Positions 37,736-46,170 of a DNA stretch of 64,000 bases are shown here, piece after piece. Location of the stretch: NCBI GenBank assembly GCA_965230595.1, contig OZ246011.1:2901397-2965396 (forward strand). The letters run 5' to 3'. The position numbers and the translations under genes were made by a program. The DNA comes from Flavipsychrobacter sp. (lineage in GTDB: Bacteria; Bacteroidota; Bacteroidia; Chitinophagales; Chitinophagaceae). Under the pieces are notes generated by a model. That model was given only the letters and a program-made list of their open reading frames with translations. It searched no databases and was not told the origin of the DNA. Each line of letters begins with the position of its first letter. Position 1 is the stretch's first letter.

Positions 37736-37743
37736 TACTTTTG
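37736..37743 (+). promoter_or_regulatory. Bacteroidota -7 box (TACTTTTG) for the OmpR-type regulator
   Basis: A TAnnTTTG match 25 nt upstream of the ATG at 37769. Confidence 0.4.
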
Positions 37744-37768
37744 GTGATAATATATTCCTTTTAATATT

Positions 37769-38470
37769 ATGGAGAACGAAAAATACAAGGTATTACTGGT
37801 TGAAGATGATACCAACTTCGGACAAGTACTTAAGAACTATCTGGAATTGAACGACTTTGTAGTAGAGTTGGCCAGAGATGGTATACTAGGTCTTGCGGCC
37901 TTCCGTAGAGAAAAGTATGACATCTGCCTATTGGATGTGATGATGCCTAACATGGATGGCTTTACACTGGCTGAAGAGATAAGAAATGTAGACCCCGATA
38001 TTCCGCTATTCTTCCTTTCGGCCAAAAGCATGAAAGAAGACATACTCAACGGATACAAGCTAGGTGCTGATGATTATATCACAAAGCCTTTTGATAGTGA
38101 AGTATTATTACACAAGATAAAAGCTATACTGAAGCGTAACCAAGAGTTACAAGAAAAGCAACACGCAGAAGTAGAGTTTACCATAGGTAACTACCACTTC
38201 AATAGTAAGCTACGTACACTAGACCACGATGGCAAAACAGATACGCTTTCTCCTAAAGAGAATGAGCTATTACTAATGTTATGTGAGTATAAGAACGACC
38301 TGCTACCACGCGAGGCTGCTCTAAAGCGTATTTGGGGTAGCGATACCTACTTCAACGGCAGAAGCATGGACGTATACATTGCCAAACTAAGAAAATACCT
38401 TAAAGGTGACAGTAGCGTTGAGATCGTGAATATTCACGGTAACGGCTTCCGCTTAGTAGTTCCTGAATAA
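37769..38470 (+). CDS. OmpR/PhoB-family response regulator transcription factor
   Basis: Receiver domain (VLLVEDD, LLDVMMP, ITKPF) plus a winged-helix output domain (LSPKENELLLML...YIAKLRKYL...GFRL). Confidence 0.9.
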   Translation: MENEKYKVLLVEDDTNFGQVLKNYLELNDFVVELARDGILGLAAFRREKYDICLLDVMMPNMDGFTLAEEIRNVDPDIPLFFLSAKSMKEDILNGYKLGADDYITKPFDSEVLLHKIKAILKRNQELQEKQHAEVEFTIGNYHFNSKLRTLDHDGKTDTLSPKENELLLMLCEYKNDLLPREAALKRIWGSDTYFNGRSMDVYIAKLRKYLKGDSSVEIVNIHGNGFRLVVPE

Positions 38471-38496
38471 TCACATTTGATACATAGAAAATTTAA

Positions 38497-38524
38497 AAGC
38501 CGGAGTAATATCCGGCTTTATTTA
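38497..38524 (+). terminator. Rho-independent terminator
   Basis: AAGCCGGA-GTAATA-TCCGGCTT followed by TATTTAT. Confidence 0.7.
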
Positions 38525-38535
38525 TAGAAGATTAC

Positions 38536-38543
38536 TACTTTTG
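38536..38543 (+). promoter_or_regulatory. Bacteroidota -7 box (TACTTTTG) for pssA
   Basis: A TAnnTTTG match ending 7 nt before the ATG at 38551. Confidence 0.45.
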
Positions 38544-38550
38544 ATGCCTC

Positions 38551-39309
38551 ATGAAGCATTTACCTAATCTGCTTACACTAGCCAACCTCTTTTCAGGTTG
38601 CATTGCTATTGCCTTTATTCTAAATGCCCAGCCCTTTTTAGCAGGGTACAACGGTATGGAATATTGGGTAACAGGTGTGGAGCAAGCCTACTGGGGCAGT
38701 GTTTTTATAGGCATAGCTGCTATATTTGACATGCTGGATGGTGCTGCTGCAAAAGCACTAAAAGTATTCTCACCTATTGGCAAAGACCTGGATTCACTTG
38801 CCGATGTGGTTTCCTTTGGTGTAGCCCCTTCCATGATCTTGTACAAAATGCTATGGGCTGCATGCATGAGTGAGCCAAATGCAATGGATATCAGCATGAT
38901 GGCTACTACTCCTGCTTTCCTAATTGCCTGCTTTGGCGCACTACGATTAGCCAGGTACAATACCAGTACACCTACACCCGGTGTATTTACGGGCATGCCT
39001 ATACCAGCAGTGGGGCTATTTATCGCCTCTTTTCCACTCATCAACTGGTTGAACCCCGAAGCGGGAGTATACTTACAAAACAAGTGGGCACTATATGCAA
39101 TAATTGGTTTGCTAAGCTGGCTCATGGTGAGTCGCATACGCTTTATGAAATTTATGCCTGCAAACTTTGCGATCAAAAATATATGGCCACAGCTACTATT
39201 GGTCGTTGTAGGGGCTATCAGTATTTACTTATTTAAAGCATTAGCTGCACCTATTGTATTTTTGCTTTACATCATATTATCATTTATATACAAACCAGCA
39301 GAACAATAA
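38551..39309 (+). CDS. pssA: CDP-diacylglycerol--serine O-phosphatidyltransferase
   Basis: CDP-alcohol phosphatidyltransferase motif DMLDGAAAK....G..LDSLADVVSFG. Multi-TM, about 252 aa. Confidence 0.85.
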   Translation: MKHLPNLLTLANLFSGCIAIAFILNAQPFLAGYNGMEYWVTGVEQAYWGSVFIGIAAIFDMLDGAAAKALKVFSPIGKDLDSLADVVSFGVAPSMILYKMLWAACMSEPNAMDISMMATTPAFLIACFGALRLARYNTSTPTPGVFTGMPIPAVGLFIASFPLINWLNPEAGVYLQNKWALYAIIGLLSWLMVSRIRFMKFMPANFAIKNIWPQLLLVVVGAISIYLFKALAAPIVFLLYIILSFIYKPAEQ

Positions 39310-39315
39310 TAACTG

Positions 39316-39567
39316 ATGAAATATACAGCACACATCAACATCATGCCGCTAACTGAGTTGTTAGACCCACAAGGCAAGGCTGTGAATAATAGCTTACATA
39401 ATCTGGGCATGAACGCGGTAACTAATGTTCGCATTGGTAAACACATTACACTTAGCATTGATGCTGATAGTAAAGAGGCCGCTTCGGCAGCAGCTGAAGA
39501 AGCATGTAAAAAGCTATTAGCCAACCTAGTGATGGAGCAATACGACATTACCATTGTAGAAGGATAA
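39316..39567 (+). CDS. purS: Phosphoribosylformylglycinamidine synthase subunit PurS
   Basis: 83 aa with the block VLDPQGKAV...L..LG, typical of PurS. Confidence 0.85.
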   Translation: MKYTAHINIMPLTELLDPQGKAVNNSLHNLGMNAVTNVRIGKHITLSIDADSKEAASAAAEEACKKLLANLVMEQYDITIVEG

Positions 39568-39576
39568 TACAATGCC

Positions 39577-40242
39577 ATGAAGCTTTACCTTGTACCATCT
39601 CCCATAGGTAACCTTGGCGATATTACTTACCGGGCTATAGAGGTATTGAACAATGCCGATGGTATACTGTGTGAAGACACCAGAACCAGCAACGTATTAC
39701 TCAAACACTATAATATTCAAAAACCGCTTACCCCCTACCACCAGCATAATGAACATAAGGTATTGCCTCACCTTATTGAGCAACTTAAAAGCGGGAAAAC
39801 TTACGCACTGATCACTGATGCCGGCACACCCGGCATATCCGATCCCGGCTTCTTATTGGTTAGAGAATGTATCAAAGAAGAGATACCTGTAGAATGCCTT
39901 CCTGGTGCAGCGGCATTTGTACCGGCATTGGTACAATCGGGCATACCTTCCAATCGTTTTATTTTTGAAGGATTCCCTCCGCAGAAAAAAGGGCGGCAGA
40001 CCTTCTTTAGCCGACTGGCCGATGAGGATCGTACTATTATTTTGTATGAGTCTCCACATAGATTAGTGAAATCTTTGAAGGAGCTGGGCGAGCATTTAGG
40101 CACAGACCGGCAAGCAGCCGTGTGCAGAGAGCTTACTAAAATGTATGAAGAGACCCGAAAAGGGACACTTGAGGAGTTACAACAACATTATGAAGCTACA
40201 CCTCCCAAAGGAGAAATAGTAATTGTGGTGGCAGGGAAATAA
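39577..40242 (+). CDS. rsmI: 16S rRNA (cytidine1402-2'-O)-methyltransferase RsmI
   Basis: LYLVPSPIGNLGDIT.RA...L......CEDTR and SDAGTPGISDPG-like DAGTPGISDPG. Confidence 0.9.
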   Translation: MKLYLVPSPIGNLGDITYRAIEVLNNADGILCEDTRTSNVLLKHYNIQKPLTPYHQHNEHKVLPHLIEQLKSGKTYALITDAGTPGISDPGFLLVRECIKEEIPVECLPGAAAFVPALVQSGIPSNRFIFEGFPPQKKGRQTFFSRLADEDRTIILYESPHRLVKSLKELGEHLGTDRQAAVCRELTKMYEETRKGTLEELQQHYEATPPKGEIVIVVAGK

Positions 40243-40277
40243 AAAGGTCGCTCCTATTAGAAACGACCTTTTTGTTT
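40241..40277. terminator. Bidirectional terminator (rsmI / acidic lipoprotein gene)
   Basis: AAAAAGGTCG-(13 nt)-CGACCTTTTTG, between convergent genes. Confidence 0.65.
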
Positions 40278-40293
40278 TGGTTAAATGCTTTAA

Positions 40294-40530
40294 TTAGTGT
40301 GCAGCTTCTTCTACTGCTTCTTTAGCATCATGAGCAGCTTCTTCAGTAGCTTCTTTAACTTCAGTAGCCATAGAATCAACAGTTTCAGCTACTTCTTCAG
40401 CAGCTTCAGTAGCAGTTTCTTCTACTTGTTCCATTGTATCTTCAGCAGCTTCTTCAGTAGCAGCTTCACCACATGAAGCAACCATCATACCAAGAGCAAC
40501 AGCGAATGCACCAATTTTTACGAATTTCAT
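40294..40530 (-). CDS. Small acidic E/A/T-rich lipoprotein
   Basis: Lipobox MMVASC, then about 58 aa of degenerate (E/T)EAA(E/H) repeats. Ends AHDAKEAVEEAAH. Confidence 0.6.
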   Translation of the reverse strand: MKFVKIGAFAVALGMMVASCGEAATEEAAEDTMEQVEETATEAAEEVAETVDSMATEVKEATEEAAHDAKEAVEEAAH

Positions 40531-40745
40531 AACTTTTAGTTTTTTAGTTGATTTTGCTATTTATACCCATAAATGGAAAAGGTAACCCGGTAACCCAATA
40601 TTTTTTTAATTATTTTTTTAACTCGTGGCTGCACTTTATATTCTATAGCCTATACTTATTACCTTTATTGTACACTTGGTCAATGGCAGAGGGAAATTTT
40701 TATGCGCCATGCTGGGTTACTTTTTCCTAAAAATGGAATAAATAG

Positions 40746-41297
40746 GTGCAAAACTCATTACATACGGAACAGGAGCTGCTGGACGGACTGGCGGTTAGTG
40801 AACGCAAGGCGGTGGAAACCATCTACCAAATGCACTATCCCACGGTTACCAAGTGGATCATGGGTCATGGTGGGCAGGAGCAGGACGCGGCTGATATTTA
40901 CCAGGAGGCCATCACCGTATTGTATGAAAAAGCACAATGTGAGGATTTTAGGCTCACTTGTAAAATAGGCACATACCTTTTTGCTGTAGCCAAAAACCTT
41001 TGGTACAAAAAAGCAAAAGAAGTGCAACATACTGATGTTGAGGAGTATGATAGTACGTACGAAGAAGACATCAACGCGCATAAAGAAAGAGAGCTGCATT
41101 TTGAACAATTGGAAAATGCATTGGACGAATTGGGAGAACCGTGTAGGGCACTGCTAAAAGCCTTTTACCATAAGGGAAAAAGTATGCAGGAAATAGCTGA
41201 CGATTTTGACTACACCAACCCTAACAATGCTAAAACACAAAAATATAAATGCCTGACTCGATTGAAGAAGATCTTCTTCAGCACTCAGGTCAAATAA
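40746..41297 (+). CDS. ECF-type sigma-70 family RNA polymerase sigma factor
   Basis: Region 2 (DAADIYQEAITVLYEK...YLFAVAKNLW) and region 4 HTH (GKSMQEIADDFDYTNPNNAKTQKYKCLTRLKK). The start is uncertain: the track uses GTG 40746 and there is no in-frame ATG before region 2. Confidence 0.8.
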   Translation: MQNSLHTEQELLDGLAVSERKAVETIYQMHYPTVTKWIMGHGGQEQDAADIYQEAITVLYEKAQCEDFRLTCKIGTYLFAVAKNLWYKKAKEVQHTDVEEYDSTYEEDINAHKERELHFEQLENALDELGEPCRALLKAFYHKGKSMQEIADDFDYTNPNNAKTQKYKCLTRLKKIFFSTQVK

Positions 41298-41304
41298 GAT
41301 AAGA

Positions 41305-42375
41305 ATGGCGGAAGAAAGGAATATATGGGAGGTTGCCGAGGCATATATAGCCGGCACCTTAAGTGATGCTGAAAGAAGCAGCTTGAAAGATAAGCTGTCT
41401 TCAGATAGCCAATTTAGTACCAGTTTCTACGAGTGTGTGAATACATTACGCTCTTTGCAAGCCAGTGGTGAACAAAGACGCTTAAAAAGCATGCTTAAAG
41501 ACATTCATCAAAAACAAGGTAAAACCAATAAAACTGAACCTAAAACCATTACTCTAACCACACACTATTGGCGTACTGCCGCTATAGCTGCCAGTATTGC
41601 ACTCATCACTTCTCTAGCTACTTACTGGATGATCAGTAATAGCAATAGAAAGATCGCCTCTCAATACAGCCTTCTTAAAAGAGACCTTGAGAAATATAAA
41701 CGTTCACAACATAGACTCATCAACGATATAGCCGAAGAGCAGCGCCGTCCTACTGCCGACCCTCGTTATTCAGGCACGGGCTTCGCACTAAGCAATAATG
41801 GCTATTTAGTAACCAACTATCACGTTACTGCCGAGGCTGACTCCGTATATATACAACACAGAGACGGTCAATATTATAAAGCGACTATCATTAGCGCCCA
41901 CCCTGAGTCAGACATTGCCATTTTAAAAGTGGAGGACGAAAAGTTCAGGTTTAGCAAATGGAGTGTTCCTTATATGTTTGCCCGTTCAAAGAGTCCGTTA
42001 GGCACCTCTATCTATAGCTTAGGCTACCCTCAAGACGAGGTCGTGTACAACGAAGGATACATCAGCTCTATGAATGGTTATCATGGAGATTCATCCCAAT
42101 ACCGCTTGGAGATACCTGCCAACCCCGGCCAGAGTGGTGCTCCTGTTTTAGATAAAAGAGGTAATGTAGTAGCCATAGTTACCGGTAAAGAAAGTGCCAG
42201 CGAAGGTATTACTTATGCTGTTTCATCTAAAACACTGCTAGATCTATTAAAAGACCTGCCTGAAGATGCTCAACTCAACTTACCTAAAAGTAATAGGCTA
42301 AGCAGATTGAGTAGAGAAAGGCAAATAGAACGCTTGGAGCAATATACTTGTTCTATCAAAGTGTATAAAAAATAG
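41305..42375 (+). CDS. Membrane-anchored anti-sigma-like protein fused to a trypsin-like (S1) serine protease
   Basis: About 90 cytoplasmic N-terminal aa, one TM helix (WRTAAIAASIALITSLATYWMI), then a protease domain with an apparently complete triad: TNYHV (His), DIAILKV (Asp), GQSGAP (Ser). Starts 8 nt after the sigma gene stop. Confidence 0.75.
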   Translation: MAEERNIWEVAEAYIAGTLSDAERSSLKDKLSSDSQFSTSFYECVNTLRSLQASGEQRRLKSMLKDIHQKQGKTNKTEPKTITLTTHYWRTAAIAASIALITSLATYWMISNSNRKIASQYSLLKRDLEKYKRSQHRLINDIAEEQRRPTADPRYSGTGFALSNNGYLVTNYHVTAEADSVYIQHRDGQYYKATIISAHPESDIAILKVEDEKFRFSKWSVPYMFARSKSPLGTSIYSLGYPQDEVVYNEGYISSMNGYHGDSSQYRLEIPANPGQSGAPVLDKRGNVVAIVTGKESASEGITYAVSSKTLLDLLKDLPEDAQLNLPKSNRLSRLSRERQIERLEQYTCSIKVYKK

Positions 42376-42416
42376 CGGTTCTCCCTTTCAATGATACATA
42401 CAACTTATTATTTGTA

Positions 42417-42424
42417 TAAATTTG
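42417..42424 (+). promoter_or_regulatory. Bacteroidota -7 box (TAAATTTG) for tatC
   Basis: A TAnnTTTG match 19 nt upstream of GTG 42444. Confidence 0.4.
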
Positions 42425-42443
42425 CTACCCGGAAGTACGAATA

Positions 42444-43301
42444 GTGAGTATAATCAACAAGTTTTTATCCAGTAGAAATGGCGGAAAGAGTAGCCCTGCC
42501 GGAGATATGGCCTTTATAGATCATATTGAGGAGTTGCGCTGGCATATCATTCGCTCCATAATAGCTATTGCTGTCGGTGCCATTGTGGTGTTCATCTATA
42601 GCGATTGGGTATTTGATGTTATCATTCTCGGTCCTGCAAAAACAGACTTCCTCTCTTACAGAGCATTATGTAGTCTTGGTGAGTTCTTACACATCAAAGA
42701 CGCGCTGTGTATGGAAGAGATCACGCTGGAGTTTCAGAACACACAGCTTTCAGGTCAATTCATGATGAGCTTCTCCGTGTCGTTCATGCTGGGCTTTATC
42801 GTGGCCTTCCCTTATGTATTTTGGGAGATCTGGAAGTTCATCAAGCCTGCATTGAAACCCGGAGAGTTGAAACATGCCAAAGGCATCGTGTTCTGGACGT
42901 CATTACTCTTCTTCTTAGGCGTGCTTTTCGCTTATTATATCATCGCACCATTTACCATCAACTTCTTTGCTAACTACACGCTCAGCCCTCAGTTCAAGAA
43001 CATCATTACCATGTCTAACTACTATGGTACATTAAGCGATCTTGTTCTTGGTATAGGGCTGGTATTTGAGTTGCCCATACTAGTGTATTTCTTATCAAGA
43101 GTGGGTTTATTGACACCACATTTGATGCGTACCAAGCGTAACTATGCTATAGTTATTATCTTTATTCTAGCGGCTGTAATTACACCGCCCGACTGGTTTA
43201 CCATATGGTTGGTGGTACTTCCGTTGATCATGTTATATGAAGTAGCCATCAGGATCAGTGCTCGTGTAGAAAAAGACAGAAAGAAAAAAGGAATAAACTA
43301 A
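42444..43301 (+). CDS. tatC: Twin-arginine translocase subunit TatC
   Basis: FIDHIEELRWHIIRS plus six TM helices. The start is GTG 42444 (track) or ATG 42507 (MAFIDHIEELR). Confidence 0.88.
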   Translation: MSIINKFLSSRNGGKSSPAGDMAFIDHIEELRWHIIRSIIAIAVGAIVVFIYSDWVFDVIILGPAKTDFLSYRALCSLGEFLHIKDALCMEEITLEFQNTQLSGQFMMSFSVSFMLGFIVAFPYVFWEIWKFIKPALKPGELKHAKGIVFWTSLLFFLGVLFAYYIIAPFTINFFANYTLSPQFKNIITMSNYYGTLSDLVLGIGLVFELPILVYFLSRVGLLTPHLMRTKRNYAIVIIFILAAVITPPDWFTIWLVVLPLIMLYEVAIRISARVEKDRKKKGIN

Positions 43302-43313
43302 CATCTTAATCAT

Positions 43314-43769
43314 ATGCAACAAACTGTTTTCAACCAAGAGTTACCCTTAGTAATAGGTGGCGACCATGCCGGTTATGAATATAAAGAGCTGATCAAAAAA
43401 GCACTGGCAGATGCAGGCTGGACAATTGAAGACAAAGGCACACATAGTACAGACAGTACCGACTACCCTGACTATGCTCACCCTGTAGCAGATATGGTAG
43501 ATAACGGCAGTGCATCTGTAGGTATATTAATTTGCGGTAGTGGCAACGGCGTTTGCATGACGGCTAATAAACACCAGAATGTAAGAGCAGGGCTTTGCTG
43601 GACCAGTGAGATCGCTGAACTAGCCAGGCTGCATAATGATGCTAACATCATTTGTGTACCTGCCCGTTATGTGAGTACCGATGAAGCACTAGGCATGATT
43701 GATACCTTCCTAAGTACCGCCTTTGAAGGTGGCAGGCACGAAAGGAGAGTGAATAAAATATGTATGTAA
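43314..43769 (+). CDS. rpiB: Ribose 5-phosphate isomerase B
   Basis: IGGDHAGYE, ILICGSGNGVCMTANK and ARLHNDANI. Confidence 0.9.
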   Translation: MQQTVFNQELPLVIGGDHAGYEYKELIKKALADAGWTIEDKGTHSTDSTDYPDYAHPVADMVDNGSASVGILICGSGNGVCMTANKHQNVRAGLCWTSEIAELARLHNDANIICVPARYVSTDEALGMIDTFLSTAFEGGRHERRVNKICM

Positions 43770-43771
43770 TT

Positions 43772-43802
43772 AAAAAGCCTTCAGAATTCTGAAGGCTTTT
43801 TT
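43772..43802. terminator. Bidirectional rho-independent terminator
   Basis: AAAAAGCCTTCAGAATTCTGAAGGCTTTTTT, a near-perfect palindrome between convergent genes. Confidence 0.85.
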
Positions 43803-43803
43803 G

Positions 43804-46071
43804 TTAGTATTTATTCAATGCTATTCTTATTGAAGTAAAATAAGTACGCGGCATAAAGTTAGCCCCGCCACTACCAGAGTGTGCGCCGCCGGAAGCTACT
43901 GCCCCACTACGTTGCACAGTTTGTACATCCAGCAAGTTTTTAATACCACCTACTACCTGTACCTTGCCGTCTAAGAAGCTTTTTTGGATAGAGGCATCCC
44001 ACATGCCAAAATCACTTTGCTCTCCAACATAAGATATACTACCATCAATATTAGCTTGAGGAGATGGTTGAACACCGGTGTACTTGTAGAAAGTATTGAA
44101 ACGTAAGCCCGGCTTTCTCCAGTTGTATTGCAAGGTAACTGTCGCTTCTTGTGTTGTGAAAGCATCATACACTCCTTCTTCAGCAAAAACATTAGTTACG
44201 GAATAACCAACTTGGCAATAAAAACGTTTCCATTGACCATCTACTTGCAATGAAGCAATAACGTTACTTTGGTGTGACTGATTACCATAAGTACGAGCAA
44301 GAGGATTATTGGTGTCTACAGGCACTAATAATATACCATCCTTCACATCATTGTAAAAGCCTGTAAGCATTATTTGTAGATAATCTGCCTTTTGCTCATA
44401 CACTTGGTAAGATGCGGATACTTGTACGTGTTGGCTACTCTCAGCCTTTAAATTTTCATTACCATATATCTCATGGTTAGCGTCTACAAAACTTAAATAC
44501 TGTTCTTTCAGGTTTGGCGCTCTAAAGCCTTGTGCATATGAAGCACGTATTTGTAGATGCTCTCTTGGTGTATATAATAAATTGAAGCTTGGAACCACAG
44601 GTGGGTTATATGCAGTATTGTAAGCTCCTCTAAAACCTGCTTGTGCGGTCAACTTATCTTTTACTATAGGGTAAGATAAATTAGTGTATGCTGCAAAGTC
44701 ATGTAACTCTTTCTTCTTGCCATCTATTTTCAAACTAGTGGCAAATTGTAGGTTTACATCATAACCCACGGTATACTGCAGTTTACCAATGCTGTTGGTA
44801 TAGCTACCTCTTAAATAAGCATCTCTGAAAGTTGAAGTGTCCTGATCTCCCTGCCCTTGTGTTTGCTCCTCGTTCAAGGTCACCATATCTTTGATCACTT
44901 GTGTACGAGTACGGTAATACACGACATAACCATTTTGGCTTTGCCAGCTTCCTTTTTTACCCAGCTTGCCTTGTAGAGACAATCGATTCATAGAGCGGGT
45001 AGTACGATAGTAGTTATCAATGGCACTGGCTTCAAATGGTGTCCATTTTAATAAGTCGCCTCTATCCGTTACTTTTTCCTTTAAGAAGTCTGATGCTAAG
45101 TGCAACTTAAAACCCGACTTAGCATTGTAGTTGTATGCAAAGTTGGCTATGTATTGTTCTTTGGGGTTAAACAGTAGCTTTCGTTCTGCTGTGTATGCTT
45201 GACCACCATAGCTTACAGGGTTGTCAATATATCTCCAACCCTTAAAATAGTTGCGTCCGCCACTTAATGTAAACTGGTGTTTCTCTGCAAGTTTAAATGA
45301 TGCTGATGCATCAAAGTTTGTTCTGTAAGACTCAATGTATGTTCCTGCATTAACAGACAATGGTTTCTTCTCCTTCTTGGTAATGATATTAATAACACCA
45401 CCCAGTGCATCCGTACCATATACCACACTCATTGGCCCTTGTACGATCTCGATGCGCTCCACATTATTCAAGTTCAACTGGCTTAGATCAATGTTGCCAC
45501 CTTCTCTACCATTTACAGGTATGCCATCCACAAGTATCTTTACCTTGTCGCCACGCATACCTTGCATGTTAATACTAGAGCCCAATACTTGATCTGTATT
45601 CACATTCATGTTCAGTTGATTCTCCAGCACTTCGTCTAATGTTACTGCACCTTGAGCTTTTATCTGCTCCTTACCAATTACTCTGTAGTTAGATAAAGCA
45701 TTCTTCATCCTCATAGGTTGCGATACACCTGTTACCACAACCTCATTCATAGAGGAGAATTTCTGGGTCATATAGAAATTCAACACACCACCTGCAGGTG
45801 CAGTATATAACTCTTTAGTGAGCGATTGGTAACCTAATGCTGTTAACTCTATAGTACAAGGGTAACCGGCTACATCAATAGTAGTAGTACCATTCTCATT
45901 GGTCTGTCCGTTGACCAGTGTTTTATTATCGTTAGTAGAAGTAGCTTTGATATAAGCAAATGGCACTTGCTCACCATTGCCTTTATCATATACATTTATA
46001 CGCAACGCTTGTGCTTGCACTGTATTGGCCAAGCTTATCAAAACAACAATATGCAGTAGATACTTTAACAT
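43804..46071 (-). CDS. TonB-dependent receptor (CarboxypepD_reg N-domain, plug, barrel)
   Basis: Signal peptide, LRINVYDKGNGEQVPFAYIKA, plug (VEIVQGPMSVVYGTDALGGVINIITK), and a barrel with an aromatic C-terminus. Confidence 0.88.
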   Translation of the reverse strand: MLKYLLHIVVLISLANTVQAQALRINVYDKGNGEQVPFAYIKATSTNDNKTLVNGQTNENGTTTIDVAGYPCTIELTALGYQSLTKELYTAPAGGVLNFYMTQKFSSMNEVVVTGVSQPMRMKNALSNYRVIGKEQIKAQGAVTLDEVLENQLNMNVNTDQVLGSSINMQGMRGDKVKILVDGIPVNGREGGNIDLSQLNLNNVERIEIVQGPMSVVYGTDALGGVINIITKKEKKPLSVNAGTYIESYRTNFDASASFKLAEKHQFTLSGGRNYFKGWRYIDNPVSYGGQAYTAERKLLFNPKEQYIANFAYNYNAKSGFKLHLASDFLKEKVTDRGDLLKWTPFEASAIDNYYRTTRSMNRLSLQGKLGKKGSWQSQNGYVVYYRTRTQVIKDMVTLNEEQTQGQGDQDTSTFRDAYLRGSYTNSIGKLQYTVGYDVNLQFATSLKIDGKKKELHDFAAYTNLSYPIVKDKLTAQAGFRGAYNTAYNPPVVPSFNLLYTPREHLQIRASYAQGFRAPNLKEQYLSFVDANHEIYGNENLKAESSQHVQVSASYQVYEQKADYLQIMLTGFYNDVKDGILLVPVDTNNPLARTYGNQSHQSNVIASLQVDGQWKRFYCQVGYSVTNVFAEEGVYDAFTTQEATVTLQYNWRKPGLRFNTFYKYTGVQPSPQANIDGSISYVGEQSDFGMWDASIQKSFLDGKVQVVGGIKNLLDVQTVQRSGAVASGGAHSGSGGANFMPRTYFTSIRIALNKY

Positions 46072-46087
46072 TATTCTTTTTAAGTTA

Positions 46088-46130
46088 AAAAGAGTTCAAC
46101 CCCTCTATAAAGAAAGGATTGAACTCTTTT
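46088..46130 (-). terminator. Intercistronic hairpin (attenuator-like) between the HmuY-like and TonB-receptor genes
   Basis: A 12-bp stem, AAAAGAGTTCAA (46088-46099) with TTGAACTCTTTT (46119-46130), and a 19-nt loop. A T-run forms the 3' arm on the minus strand. Confidence 0.5.
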
Positions 46131-46170
46131 ATAATGATCAACTAATCTGCAAGGTTTTTTTATAATTAAT

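Noticed and set aside
38688-39176. 162-aa minus-strand ORF inside pssA, and similar antisense ORFs at 47844-48534 and 54270-55187
   Set aside because: These are shadow ORFs opposite strongly supported genes (pssA, asd, nuoN/nuoM) and carry no motifs.
40548-40968. Track ORFs 40548-40730(+) and 40702-40968(+)
   Set aside because: One lies in the intergenic promoter region with an implausible Phe/Tyr/Leu-rich product. The other is out of frame over sigma-factor region 2, which is clearly read in the 40746 frame.
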